This document shows positions 49,397 to 62,500 of a stretch of 64,000 nt of DNA, piece by piece. Source of the DNA: Macrostomum lignano (lineage: Eukaryota). The first letter of the stretch is position 1, and every line of letters begins with the position of its first letter. The position numbers and the translations under genes are program-made. A model generated the notes under the pieces. That model did not search any database and had not been told where the DNA came from. It was given only the letters and a program-made list of their open reading frames with translations. The stretch lies in contig NIVC01002728.1 of assembly GCA_002269645.1 (NCBI GenBank), forward strand, positions 62,001-126,000, written 5' to 3'.

Positions 49397-52300
49397 CCCA
49401 GTGGCAAAGCCGAGCTCGGTCCGAGCTCGGGCCGACGTCGGCCACTCGGCATTCGATCGGCCATACTAAAGTCGGCCAGCCGACGTCGGCCAGCCGACGT
49501 CGGCCCGAACTCGGTAGAACCTCGGGGTGCCGCGCCGTTAACCGATTAAAAGTTTTAATCAATTAAGCAGAATTTACCTACGCTAATGAATTCGATATGA
49601 TTAAAAAAGAACACCGCATAAATATAGATGAATAATTTACACTGAAAAAGTGACTCTTTTGCAATAAACAAAAACAACGCAATAATACAGCACTTTTGAT
49701 CCACCAAAGTGGTGTAATGTGCTTTTTACACATACTAATTGTGTTTTTACTGAATTAGTTTCCTCGTTGAGTAGGTGATTTGACTTTTATGGATTTATTC
49801 TCCTTCGAGACGACCATGAAGTGCATGCGTTATAGGTACGGAAAATTCGAAGTACTGGATTTTAACAATTATATATATGAGTAATTTACCAGATAAAAGA
49901 ACATAGCTTCGTTAGTAAAAATATAAATAAATAATTAACTGCTTTAGAATTTACTCAAGGCGTAATTATTGCTTATTTTTTGCCATTCATTTGAATATAT
50001 TGCTCCCGTGCAGGTCAAGTCAATTGTAAACAGTGTTTGGCTCTTTTTAACGTGGCAATTCATTTAGCTTCTTAGTTATTATTTTTATTACACGTTCTTT
50101 GGAAGCATTTAGATGTTTCGGCAAAAATTCCAGAGACATACTTAGTCTTACAGTTAAGCCGTAACTAATTGAACTATAGCTACACTGTAATGCAATGTAA
50201 ACTTGCTTTTTTTGGGTTTAATGAAGATTTGCTTACAATTTATGAATAGGCGTATGAAATATGTTTTCATTAATGATAATTAGACATATTACGATGGCAA
50301 TTCACCAGCTATTTTCAGAATGGCCATCAAATAGTTATCTAGGAGTTAAAAGTGAATAAATATCTACAAAAAGCATATTTTCATGATAAAATGTTGAAAA
50401 GTATAGGATTGCAATAGGAGTTACCATAACTTAACTGTAGGAATGATATCTAGCTTAGGTCATAAATCCTGTGATTTGAAAAGTCTAAAATGGCCTAAAT
50501 AAAGCCAGATTTTTAGGCTCCTATGATATTTTTATCCCTACTATATTAGGTCTAGCTTCTTATTTTTTATTTGTCTATGGCAATGCCATCATGAATTACA
50601 TACAATCAGTTAATTTAAGACATTGTTTATGTACTATAGGCCAGGATATAATGCCAATTGTGCATTTTATGGCAGGCAATTTAATGTAATTTTGCTATAT
50701 ATGCCAATTTTTTACTCTTTTGAATAGATTCATAGTATTCATATTAAACTATATTGTTTTTCTAATGACTTTTTAGTATAACTATAGTATACTTATTTTA
50801 CTATTATAGGTTTTTACTTTATTTTTGCACCATAGACTAGATATTGATGCTATTTTTATATACTAGGGCCCTATGCCATATTTGGCATCAGTTTTGCACT
50901 GCAAAGTTTTGCACATCAATTTTTTTACTTTTTCATCATATGGCTTCAATTCTAACCCCCTTGATGTTCTAGATACAACACTTTGAGAAAATGGGGCGAG
51001 ATTCTAAGCCTCCCCACAAGCGATCCAGAAGCAGCAGCACGACACCCATGCCCATGACCACCACATTGAGATGGGCAACGCAGTCGTTGCGAGGGACTTT
51101 GCTGCTGATGGCAGCTGGAAGCCTGCTGTTCTGAACGACTGCTCCAGGGCTGTGTCTCTCTTGCCAGTTTGACGATGGTCGAGAGGTCCATCGGCAGATC
51201 AATCAAGTGCCTGCGCGGCGCCTTCCAAAGTTGAGCAACCGCTATGTGCCGAGGTGCCTGACGATCAACCAGAGGCTCCTGCGGAGACGCCTGGCCAGGC
51301 GCCAGAGTTGAGCTCTGCGGCGCCACTTTGACGTTCGACCAGGGCAAGAGCTTAACCTGACCGGCTGCGCTACCAGTGACTATGGACTGTTCCTCTATGG
51401 ACTGTGAACTGATTTGCGTCTTTTATTCCCGTTTTTATCTAACGCTTAATCTTTGTGGGGAGGAGTGTGGTGACTTGACTGAGCAAATTGTTGTTTGTTT
51501 TGTTAGCTTGTTTTTACTCCGTGTTTTGAGGTGGTGTTTTACCAGTTTCGCTGCGTGCTCCCTTCTGCGATATTTCGCTGTACATTCTTATGTGCGCTCT
51601 GCATTCTGGCCGCTCTTGCTCTCCACCCTTAAGCCTCTTACACCCAATGTATCGTGCTCAATATTTACAATATAAATTGCAGTCGCTTTCCTCGTATCAA
51701 GCGTCTCGTTCTACAATCTAAAGTGAAGTCTTTACAGTTTATTATGTTAATAAATGCTCAACCAAATCCGTATCGCAACCCTTAACTCAACCTCTGTTTT
51801 CAGCTGTTTAGCTACTTTTTCTCTGTTTTCTTGCTTATTAGTTTGAAAGTTAATCTTGTATCATTATTAGCATTTGATAATACACTAGTGTGCTTGTGGT
51901 GGATTTACTGTTGCGGTGTTCTTTTAATTCAATTATTTTAAGTTCTAAATCGTTGTCTTATTTCACAATCATTTAATCCTGAACATGGTTGTTGGTTGTA
52001 TATTTGTTGGGTCAGAGAACTGAGTCTGGTGGATATGTATCTAATTCCGAGGGGAAATCAATTAACTAGTTATACTAGAGGCTCACCATAACTAGGCTCA
52101 TATACGAGCGTACATTAACACTGCAATGCACTAACATGCTAGGAATGACATGGGATCTTTAACTCGATGGTTTCAATTCGTGTCATGTCGTTTTCCCATT
52201 CACCTTTTCTTTTTCATGTAATACCGAATTGTACATGTACAGTAAAATTATATAGAAAGTGAAAGTGGCACCTACATGTAGTCAATCTGTAAGAAGCAAT

Positions 52301-52473
52301 ATAAGCTTTATAATGAGCTAAATAGAAAGTATAGTGCAAAGCTACTCGGCATTACCGCGGTCAGCCGACCTCGGCCCGAGGTCGTCGGCCCGAGCTAGAA
52401 CCGCCGTCAACCCGCCGAGCTCGGCCCGATCTCGGCGGACCGAGCTCGGGCCGAGCTCGGCTTTGCCACTGGG
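49397..52473. mobile_element. Non-autonomous CMC/EnSpm-like DNA transposon (3.1 kb)
   Basis: TIR CCCAGTGGCAAAGCCGAGCTCGG at both ends, CCGAG/CTCGG subterminal repeats, 2-bp TSD TG. Confidence 0.75.
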
Positions 52474-52589
52474 TGAATAAATTAGATAAGGAGGCTTGAT
52501 ACAGTACCTTGTACCAAGGACCACTAGGAACACTTTGTTATATTAGGACGTTATCCTAGTAGTCCTTGCCTTGTACATGTCTTATTGAG

Positions 52590-52875
52590 TCTTCGCAGCA
52601 GGAGACCGAAGGTCGGGGGTTCGATTCTCATCCCACTTGGAACAATTTGGGTCCTTAAGCAAGAGACTTAACTCTGCATTGCTTCTGTTCACCCTGCTGT
52701 AAAATTGGTGCCAGCATTTGCTGGGGTAATTGAGGATGCGTGTGGCGACCCCCCCCCCCACAGTCCTTGGACTGAACAGCCGTACGCAGCCTTCAGATGC
52801 ACCGTGAATAGCTGCGGCTGAGGTGACGGCTGCATATCTGCTATTTAGGGCAGGTGTAATAAATAATTATTATAA
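52590..52875 (+). mobile_element. tRNA-derived SINE, 5'-truncated
   Basis: B box GGTTCGATTC plus the same body as the 48645 copy. Confidence 0.8.
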
Positions 52876-53108
52876 TACATTTCTTAAATTAGTTTTGGTT
52901 ATTGGTCGTGCTGACGTCACGTATACTTTTTATATTAATTTACATTCCCTCTGTTTAAATAAAAGGGACCCCTAAGTAACAAAAGATATATATCTATGGT
53001 GCAAAACGCCATCAAAAATGCTTACATTCTATTTAAAAAAATTCACACTGACTCTTGACTGCCTTTTAGTTGTTTCACAAAAAATTAAGCTAATAAACAG
53101 TTGGGGCA

Positions 53109-56100
53109 ATGCATTTAAAATGGTTTTCAAGTCTACCAGATCGAAATTGCGTATTTCTGGCACTGCTACTACAGATTTTATTTTCAACCAATGTTGTGGG
53201 GCTTCAACTCTTTAAAACTCGGCAAGTGATGTACCGCATGCTTGGATACGACAACTTCAATGAAGGTGAGTAGCTAAAGCCATGGAGACTTAGTGCTCTT
53301 TTTAAGCAACCTATTGTGAGGATCGGTATCATTACAGAATCTCATGATGAAATCTTCCTTTATTACAGAATCTCATGATGAAATCTTCCTTTATTACAGA
53401 ATCTCATGATGAAGTCTTCCTTTATTACAGAATCTCATGATGAAGGCATCCTTTATTACAGAATCTCATGATGAAGGCATCCTTTATTACAGAATCTCAT
53501 GATGAAGGCATCCTTTATTACAGAATCTCATGATGAAGGCATCCTTTATTACAGAATCTCATGATGAAGGCATCCTTTATTACAGAATCTCATGATGAAA
53601 GCATCAACTCAGATTTTCAGACAAATCTATCCTCTTGGATCTAGTGCACTCTTAACCGTATTTGCAGATTTACAACAGTAAATCTGGACTTGCGTATCTG
53701 CAATTTACATTGAATTGCTTCCAGAACGCCTACACCTGGAGCGCTGTCGCCAGAGCTCCTCATCCGGGAACTGCAATCTGGCTATTGACGGCAGCATTGT
53801 TCAAGAATGGACTCAATGCGTCTCGACTGTACCTGAGCTCAGTAGCTTTTGGAAGGTGAGTTCAATTCTACTCATTGTTATTGCAATTATTGATAAGTGG
53901 GATTGATATGCATTCCAACTGATATTAGAAATATATAGTCAACTATATCAGCATCCTATTTGAGCCATGGCATCTCAACAACTCCCCAATGAGCCATGGC
54001 ATCTCAGCAACTCCACATTGAGCCAATTGGCATCTCAGCAACTCCACATTGAGCCAACTGGTATCTTAGCAACTCATCCATTGAGCTAATTATCATCTCA
54101 GCAACTCCCAATGAGCCAACTGGTATCTGAGCAACTCCCCCATTGAGCCAATTGGCATCTCAGCAACTCCACATTGAGCCAATTAGCATCTCAGCAACTC
54201 CCCAATGAGCCATGGCATCTCAGCAACTCACTCATTGAGTCATAGCATCTCAGCAACTACCCCATTGAGCTAATTATCATCTCAGCAACTCCACATTGAG
54301 CCATGGCATCAGGCGCTGCTGCAGTAGTTCACCGCTCAAGGCCGCTAAGAAGAGGCCATATTGTTATCGTGAAGTTTCAAAGGGCCCTCGGGCTGGATAG
54401 AGAGGATTTTCGAGGTGGAGTTCACGGGTCTAGACAATAACTGGGCAAACAATTTACTCCCCACTTCACTTTTACTCGTGCAGTCTTTAGAGAACTGACA
54501 CGTCAATAGTTATTATTTTCTCCGCTTAAGGCCGAACTTGAGACGCCTTCTTACATCGCTCGAGTTGTCATTCACACGGCGAAGCTGCCAGACGAGGCGA
54601 TGCTCAACGCCATGCACGATTTCGGCATATACGCCGGTGACACCACCTGCTATCGGCACATTTCGTCACAGTCGTTCATCACTCGATCGTTTCCTTGCGA
54701 CGCAATGGCAGACAGAATTTTAATTCGAAGCTTCCGTGTCAACAGCATCATGTCATTGTGCGAAATCGAAGTCTATGGAAAGCCTCTGACTTTCCAAGGG
54801 TTGGATAGCGGAGAGGCGTGAGTTAAAAACGAGCTTGATCATCTGTGGCTAAGGTGGTTAATTTAGGCGAGCTTGAGTCTTTAGATTGGCATATTCAGAA
54901 TGGCAGATTCAGAATGGCAAATTCAGAATGGCAGATTCAGAATGGCAAATTCAGAATGGCAGGTTCAGAATGGCAGATTCAGAATGGCAGATTCAGAATG
55001 GCAGATTTAGGGCAGATTCAGAATGGCAGATTCAGAATGGCAGATTTAGGGCAGATTCAGAATGGCAGATTCAGAATGGCAGGTTCAAAATGGCAGATTC
55101 AGAATGGCAGATTCAGAATGGCAGATTCAGAATGGCAGATTCATAATTGGTAAGGTTCAGAATGTCAGATTCAGAATGGCAGATTCATAATTGGTAGGTT
55201 CAGAATGTCAGATTCAGAATGGCAGATTCAGAATGGGTAGGTTCAGAATGAGCAGGTTCAGAACGGGCAGGTTCAGAATGGCAGATTAGGAATGGGCAGA
55301 TTCAGAATGGCAGATTAGGAATGGCAGATTCAGAATGGCAGATTCAGAATGGGCAGGTTCAGAATGAGCAGGTTCAGAATGAGCAGGTTCAGAACGGGCA
55401 GGTTCAGAATGGCAGATTAGGAATGGGCAGGTTCAGAATGGCAGATTAGGAATGGGCAGATTCAGAATGGCAGATTAGGAATGGCAGATTCAGAATGGCA
55501 GATTAGGAATGGCAGATTTAGAATGGCAGATTCAGAATGGGCAAGTTCAGAATGGGTAGGTTCAGAATAGCAGATTCAGAATGGGCAAATTCAGAATGGC
55601 AGACTCAGAATAGGTAGATTCAGAATGGCAGATTCAGAATGGCAGATTCAGAATGGCAGATTCAGAATGGCAGATTCAGAATGGCAGATTTAGAATGGCA
55701 GATTCAGAATGGCAGATTCAGAATGGCGGGTTCAGAATGGCAGGTTCAGAATAGGCAGATTCAGAATGGCAGGTTCAGAATGGCGGGTTCATAATATACT
55801 TCTGAACAAATTTTTCTAAACCAATTCAAGAGAGATTGGCTTCTCAGGTTGCTTAATGAGCTCATCGGCGGAGAACAGCAAATGCGAAGACGCCACCGAC
55901 CGGAATTTCGCCGTTTTCCATGGCCAGAGCGGCAAAAAGTGTGCATTGACTCTGCCGGGAGAAGAGGAGTACTCGCGGTCCTGGTTGTCCGTTTATTTAA
56001 TGACGCCGACGCTAATTAAACACGTGAAAGTTTACAATCGGATGGACAAGTGCTGCAACAATTTGCTAAATAAATTTGCCATCCTAGTTAATTCAGCTAG

Positions 56101-56760
56101 CTGCGCTGTACACGAGTCTATTGAACCGTTTATAAGCAAGGTATTTCGATGCACTCGATTTGGCAACAATGTCAAACTGGAGAGCCGAGTGTTGAAATCG
56201 GCCATCACAGTGTGCCAAATACAGGTGTTTGGCTACAAAACGCTCTTGTATCCCGACGTGAGGCATGGTGAGTCCAACGTTTTGCTGTGTCTGCTTCAAA
56301 ACAGTGATTGCTCTATGCTATGCATGTATAATGAAGCTAAAGCCCCTGGTGCCCCTGGTGCTAAAGTCCCTGGTGCTAAAGCCCCTGGTGCTGCTGTAGC
56401 ATGCAGGTTTATAACAATTCTAACTACGCCTATGAAGATGTCTGATAAAAAGCACTGATCTGAAACCCTTCTGCAATATCCCCAGAGCATAAAGGATGCT
56501 TTCATGACGATCCGGATAACCCGGAAATGGAACAAGTCATCAGCTACTCGTTTATGGAACCAAGAAAATGCCACCGAATGTGCAAACGCCTAAACAAGCT
56601 CTACTTCGGCTTGCAAAATGGTCGAGCCTGCCTTTGCGGCAACAAGTACGGCCGGTATGGCAGCGCCGCAATAGAAAAGTGCAATCTCGGATGCGTGAGC
56701 GACGGAGGCATGGCCTGCGGAGGACGGAACTTCACCACAGTCTATGAGATTCTCGTGTGA
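53109..56760 (+). CDS. Secreted signal peptide-FTP-FTP-WSC protein, copy C (5 exons)
   Basis: Exons 53109-53265 (MHLKWFSSLPDRNCVFLALLLQILFSTNVVG.., not in the ORF track), 53725-53855, 54531-54817, 55831-56267, 56486-56760; phases 1,0,2,1. Exons 2 and 3 are the same length (131, 287 nt) as in copy B. Confidence 0.85.
53330..53600. repeat. 31-bp minisatellite in lectin C intron 1 (CATCCTTTATTACAGAATCTCATGATGAAGG)
   Basis: ~8-9 units. Confidence 0.95.
53950..54310. repeat. ~30-bp diverged minisatellite in lectin C intron 2 (GAGCCAATTGGCATCTCAGCAACTCCACATT)
   Basis: Tandem units. Confidence 0.9.
54890..55790. repeat. 14-bp minisatellite in lectin C intron 3 (GGCAGATTCAGAAT)
   Basis: ~60 units. 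Confidence 0.95.
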
Positions 56761-57089
56761 ACAGTTGCGGAACACAAAAGGGAACTGTTTGTACTATTAA
56801 CAAACAATTTTTTCTTTGTAGGAAAGACATATTTTTGGCAATTTTTCTACCTCTACCTGTTTTTTTTACTGCAAACAAAAATTTAGGACTCTAGGCTTGT
56901 CTAACACGTTAGTTTAGTTTAAGCCGCGTCAACAGTTCAATATACACGTATCGATTGACCCAGCCCTTGCGCGCAGGGGACACGTCCTGTGCAGATTTCA
57001 AATTTGGTTGCTTTTTTAGTTTTACGCTCTTATCCCTCAAAATATGATAGCATTGAAATTGAGCTATAAACAACAACAGCAAACTACAG

Positions 57090-58430
57090 CAACCCTGGAC
57101 AAGCCAAGTAGGGTTGCTGTCAAAAGCAGAGTTGCGCAGAATAGCGAGTCCGCGAGGATCAGAAATCTCAGCGGCTCTTAGAAGCAGGACGAAACGAAAC
57201 GCAGACTTCCCGCCTGACCAAGCCGCCGCGGCCCTTGAAGGGAGAGCAGCAGCACGTCTTGAAGCGGCTCAGGGCAGCACTGCTCTGCTCGGATGATGTC
57301 GCCAACCAGTTATAGGCACCGGATGCACCGCAGCTGGCTGGGTCAGGAGAGCTGAGCCCGTCAGTACAGCTCGTCATTGCTTGTGTTGGTGGTGACGGTC
57401 GGCGAGTAGTGGACGCCCAAGGCGGCTCTCAGAAGTCCAGCATGAGCCGCGTCGATCAGTGTCCAGCTCAGTCAGTGTCCACGTTTCAACGTTGTAAAGG
57501 TGGACGGTTTCTATGACGGCCTGGAACAGCCGCCCTCTCAGCCGATCCGGCAGCGCGGGGCTCTGCAGGACAGTCTGCAAGGTGCGGACTGCGCCCCAGT
57601 CAAGCGCACTGCGCCGTGCCATGTCGTCCGTGATGCTTGGCCTGCCCGTTCGTGCAGCGGCAGGCGATCTCAGCTGGGAGGTCCGTCGGCACGGTCAGCA
57701 CCATTGTCTTTTTGGTGTTTTTGGACAGTCCGATCATAACGGCCGCCGCCGTCAGCTGGTCTAGCAGGCGTTGAGCTCCTTCGGCTGAGCTGGACAGCAG
57801 CGCTAGGTCGTCCGCGTACGCTTAGACGGAGAGTTGCTTCTCAAGGTGTCGCGCCTGCTTGTTCTGCGGCAGAGCAAAGATCCGTGGGAGTCGTCAGGGA
57901 GGCCGATGCGCAGTGCCCAATCCAGGACCTGGACGAACAGAAATATGTCGCAGGTGCCTCCTTATAGAATGCCGGAGGATATGTCGAAAAGTCGGAATTA
58001 GAGGCCGCTTGGCGTCATAACTGCCGCCCTAGTCTCATGGTACAGAGCCATTACAGCCGTGATACACGCGCAGGATGTTTGCGATGACCCGCGTCGACAC
58101 CGAGTCAAAGGCTTTCAGGAAGTCCACGAAGATGCAGATGATGGCTGACTGGCGGACGCGGGCCTTTTCTAAATTTGGATCACCGTGCCTCTGCTTGTCC
58201 GGAATCTGTTTTGCTCGAGCTGGAGGAACGGGTCCAGCACCGGCTGCAGCCGCGACAGCAGAACCCTGTTGAGCAGCGCCGTGCAGGACATTAGTGAAAT
58301 CCCGCGATGCTCTTTGATCTTGACGGTACCTACTGGTTTCTTTGGGATCCTGGCGATATGCGCAGTCTGCTACTCGACAGCAGGGGCGGGGCCCCCTACA
58401 GCTGGCACGAAGTCCATCACTTCCGTGACT
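57090..58430 (-). pseudogene. Degraded RTE-like LINE fragment
   Basis: IFVDFLKAFDSVS, SV*AYADDLA and RGRLFQAVIETVHLYNVETWTL in different frames. Confidence 0.8.
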
Positions 58431-58659
58431 TCTAACATCACACGACATGTGTGATACGTGTGATAACGTGTGATACGTGTGATAACATGTGATACGTGTG
58501 ATAATGTGTGATAACGTGTGATACGTGTGATAGCATGTGATACGTGTGACACGCGTGATATGAGTGATACGTTTGAGCTATATAAACTGTATAAAATCAT
58601 AATATCAAATTAATAATAAAGGCATCCTAGTTCTATAATATGATAATGATAGATTACAC

Positions 58660-58800
58660 CCACTTGCCCTAATGGTCAGATGTGCAACCGACAGCTCAGC
58701 CGCAGCTATTGCGCGGCGCATCTGAAGGCTGCGTACGGCTGTTCAGTCCAAGGACTGGGGGGGGGGGTTCCACACACACCCTCAAGTACCCCATTTACTC
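58660..58800 (-). mobile_element. 3' fragment of the tRNA-derived SINE family
   Basis: Near identity to 48650-48790. Confidence 0.8.
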
Positions 58801-59518
58801 ACTAATTAGAAATGAATTCATAAAACCTGCAATGAGTCGAGCCGTGACATGCATTTTTATAATATTTAGGTACAGGAATTTACGTAGAAAAAAATTAATC
58901 TACATGCAAAATCCGAGTTTCCTAAACAAAAAGATTTATGAATATCAATAGAGCTATATAAGAAAGACACAACATATCAAACGACGGACATTGGGTCTGC
59001 TTCCTATCGAAAGTAATTTTTGTGCTGAAAAAATGGAAACTACCTTTCTGAGTAGTGTGTACTTTTCAAGAAAACCTGCCTCCTAAAATTCTCCACGAAA
59101 CGTAGTTTGACCCCTGCTTCTAGTTGAGTAGTTCTGCATTACAAATTGTACTAATTAAAATAATTAATTTATCGTAAGCTGCAGCTAACTATATAGTTAC
59201 AAAAAGGCTATCGGACCAATCTGTGTATTTATTAATTTAACAAAAAAGACAAAAACTTGGCTGTTAATTGAAATGACACAACTTAATAAAGATATGTCAG
59301 CTAAATACACTTAAATACAATTATGGTTCAAAATGACTAATGACTATCACCTATTTATTAATTATTCTAGCAAAAGAACATTAGCTAAGTCAAGAATAGA
59401 AAACTAATGTAAATAAATAAATATACGTACAAATATAAATAAAAATCTTTACTTTCTACTTAAAGTAGACTACCGAAGTCCTGTATTTCATAGTTGTAGT
59501 TTCCTAGACAACAAACTA

Positions 59519-62500
59519 TTACAGCAGTTCAAATACAAGATTCCGATTATCGCCGCCGCAATACTGCAGATGCCGGCCTTCGCAGGGCATGCCGCACTCG
59601 GAGTCCGGGACTTTGCCGTGCTTTCCGAATTTGCTGCCGCACCAGCACTGCATCCCGCCTTGAATGCCGAAGTAGCGTTTGCCCAGTCTGCGGCAGATTC
59701 TGTCGCATTTGTTCACCTCCATGGCCGACAGCGACACTGGGTCTTTGAAGTCGCTTAGGTCCGGATCCTTTGGGCTGTCTTTGAAGCAGCCTTTATACTC
59801 TGCGAAATTGGGAATGTTAGGTGAGTCAGTGAGTAAGAGCAAGTGTGACAGTGAGTCAGAACAGGTTCTTCAGGTGAGTCACAGTAGCTGTGTCAGGTGA
59901 GTCAGAGTAGCTGTGTCAGGTGAGTCAGAGTAGAGCTGCGTCAGGTGAGTCAGAGTAGCTGTGTCAGGTGAGTCAGAGTAGAGCTGTGTCAGGTGAGTCA
60001 GAGTAGCTGTGTCAGGTGAGTCAGAGTAGCTGTGTCAGGTGAGTCAGAGTATCCGTGTCAGGTGAGTCAGAGTATCCGTGTCAGGTGAGTCAGAGTATCC
60101 GTGTCAGGTGAGTCAGAGTATCTGTGTCAGGTGAGTCAAAGTAGAGCTGTGTCAGGTGAGTCAGCTTAGCTGTGTCAGGTGAGTCAGTAGCTTCGTCAGG
60201 CGAGTCAGAGTAGCTGTGTCAGGCGAGTCAGAGTAGCTGTGTCAGGCGAGTCAGAGTAGCTGTGTCTGGTGATTCAGAGTAGAGCTGTGTCAGGTGAGTC
60301 ATAGGAGCTGTGTCAGGTGAGTCAGGGTAGAGCTGTGTCAGGTGAGTCAGGGTAGCTGTGTTGGGTGAGTCAGAGTAGCTGTGTCAGGTGAGTCAGAGTA
60401 TCCGTGTCAGGTGAGTCAAAGTATCCGTGTCAGGTGAGTCAGAGTATCCGTGTCAGGTGAGTCAAAGTATCCGTGTCAGGTGAGTCAGAGTATCCGTGTC
60501 AGGTGAGTCAGAGTATCCGTGTCAGGCGAGTCAGAGTAGCTGTGTCAGGCGAGTCAGAGTAGCTGTGTCAGGCGAGTCACAGTAGCTGTATCAGGTGATT
60601 CAGAGTAGAGCTGTGTCAGGTGAGTCAGAGTAGCTGTGTCAGGTGAGTCAGAGTAGAGCTGCGTCAGGTGAGTCATAGTAGCTGTGTCAGGTGAGTCAGG
60701 GTAGAGCTGTGTCAGGTGAGTCATAGGAGCTGTGTCAGGTGAGTCAGAGCTGTGTCAGGTGAGTCAGAGCTGTGTCAGGTGAGTCATAGTAGCTGTGTCA
60801 GGTGAGTCAGGGTAGCTGTGTTGGGTGAGTCAGAGTAGCTGTGTCAGGTGAGTCAGAGTATCCGTGTCAGGTGAGTCAGGGTAGCTGTGTTGGCTGAGTC
60901 AGAGTAGCTGTGTTGGGTGAGTCAGAGTATCCGTGTCAGGTGAGTCAAAGTATCCGTGTCAGGTGAGTCAGAGTATCCGTGTCAGGTGAGTCAGATTATC
61001 TGTGTCAGGTGAGTCAGTAGCTTCGTCAGGCGAGTCAGAGTAGCTGTGTCAGGTGAGTCAGTAGCTTCGTCAGGCGAGTCAGAGTAGCTGTGTCAGGCGA
61101 GTCAGAGTAGCTGTGTCAGGCGAGTCAGAGTAGCTGTGTCAGGCGAGTCAGAGTAGCTGTGTCAGGCGAGTCAGAGTAGCTGTGTCAGGCGAGTCAGAGT
61201 AGCTGTGTCAGGTGATTCAGAGTAGAGCTGTGTCAGGTGAGTCATAGGAGCTGTGTCAGGTGAGTCAGGGTAGAGCTGTGTCAGGTGAGTCATAGTAGCT
61301 GTGTCAGGTGAGTCAGGGTAGAGCTGTGTCAGGTGAGTCAAAGGAGCTGTGTCAGGTGAGTCAGAGCTGTGTCAGGTGAGTCAGGGTAGCTGTGTCAGGT
61401 GAGTCAGAGTAGCTGTGTCAGGTGAGTCAGAGTATCCGTGTCAGGTGAGTCAGGGTAGCTGTGTTGGCTGAGTCAGAGTAGCTGTGTTGGGTGAGTCAGA
61501 GTATCCGTGTCAGGTGAGTCAGAGTATCCGTGTCAGGTGAGTCAGAGTATCCGTGTCAGGTGAGTCAGATAATCTGTGTCAGGTGAGTCAGTAGCTTCGT
61601 CAGGCGAGTCAGAGTAGCTGTGTCAGGTGAGTCAGTAGCTTCGTCAGGCGAGTCAGAGTAGCTGTGTCAGGTGAGTCAGTAGCTTCGTCAGGCGAGTCAG
61701 AGTAGCTGTGTCAGGTGAGTCAGTAGCTTCGTCAGGCGAGTCAGAGTAGCTGTGTCAGGTGATTCAGAGTAGAGCTGTGTCAGGTGAGTCAGAGTATCTG
61801 TGTCAGGTGAGTCAGAGTAGAGCTGTGTCAGGTGAGTCAGGGTAGACGCCAGGTCAGGTCTTCAGTCATTATTCATCTACAATGCTCGTAGAACTACGAG
61901 TATTTGGCGATGTGCCTAGAAAAATCCCCCTTTTTACCCCTCAACTGCTCCGGTGTCAAGGCAGCGGTGTGACCGAGAACTTGCACTTCGCAAAGAGTCA
62001 CGCGACCTGTTTTGCTCATGTGTTGAACCCGCACATTGCTGCCAAATAAGTTGCACCGAAATGACTTAATATTGAACGTAGCTGGACTGTTGTATCTGCA
62101 AATGAATATCAATTTTTTTAAGTTTAACTTTTCATTTCAAGGGCCCAGTTTGAATTCAGATAAAAATTTAGTAAGCAAAACGCCAGAGACACTAATAGAC
62201 ACAGAGAAGCTCAAAAGTGACGCGTTCATACTATGAGACACCTGTCCATCACATGAGACACCTGCTTTTCTCACCTAAGATATCTGTCTAAGATAAGACA
62301 CCTGCTAATCACAGTAACACCACTTGTTCATCACACGGGACACCTATATATCACGTGAGATACCTGTCTACCTCATGAGACCCCTGTCCATCTAAGATAA
62401 GACACCTGTCTACCTCATGAGACATCTGTTTATCTAACCTAAGACACCTGTCCATCACATCAGACACCTGTCCATCACATCAGACACCTGTCCATCACAT

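Noticed and set aside
50950-51715. Solo LTR inside the CMC-like element
   Set aside because: The GC-rich insert has an LTR-like look and a ..CTACA end, but I could not find a matching 5' terminus or TSD.
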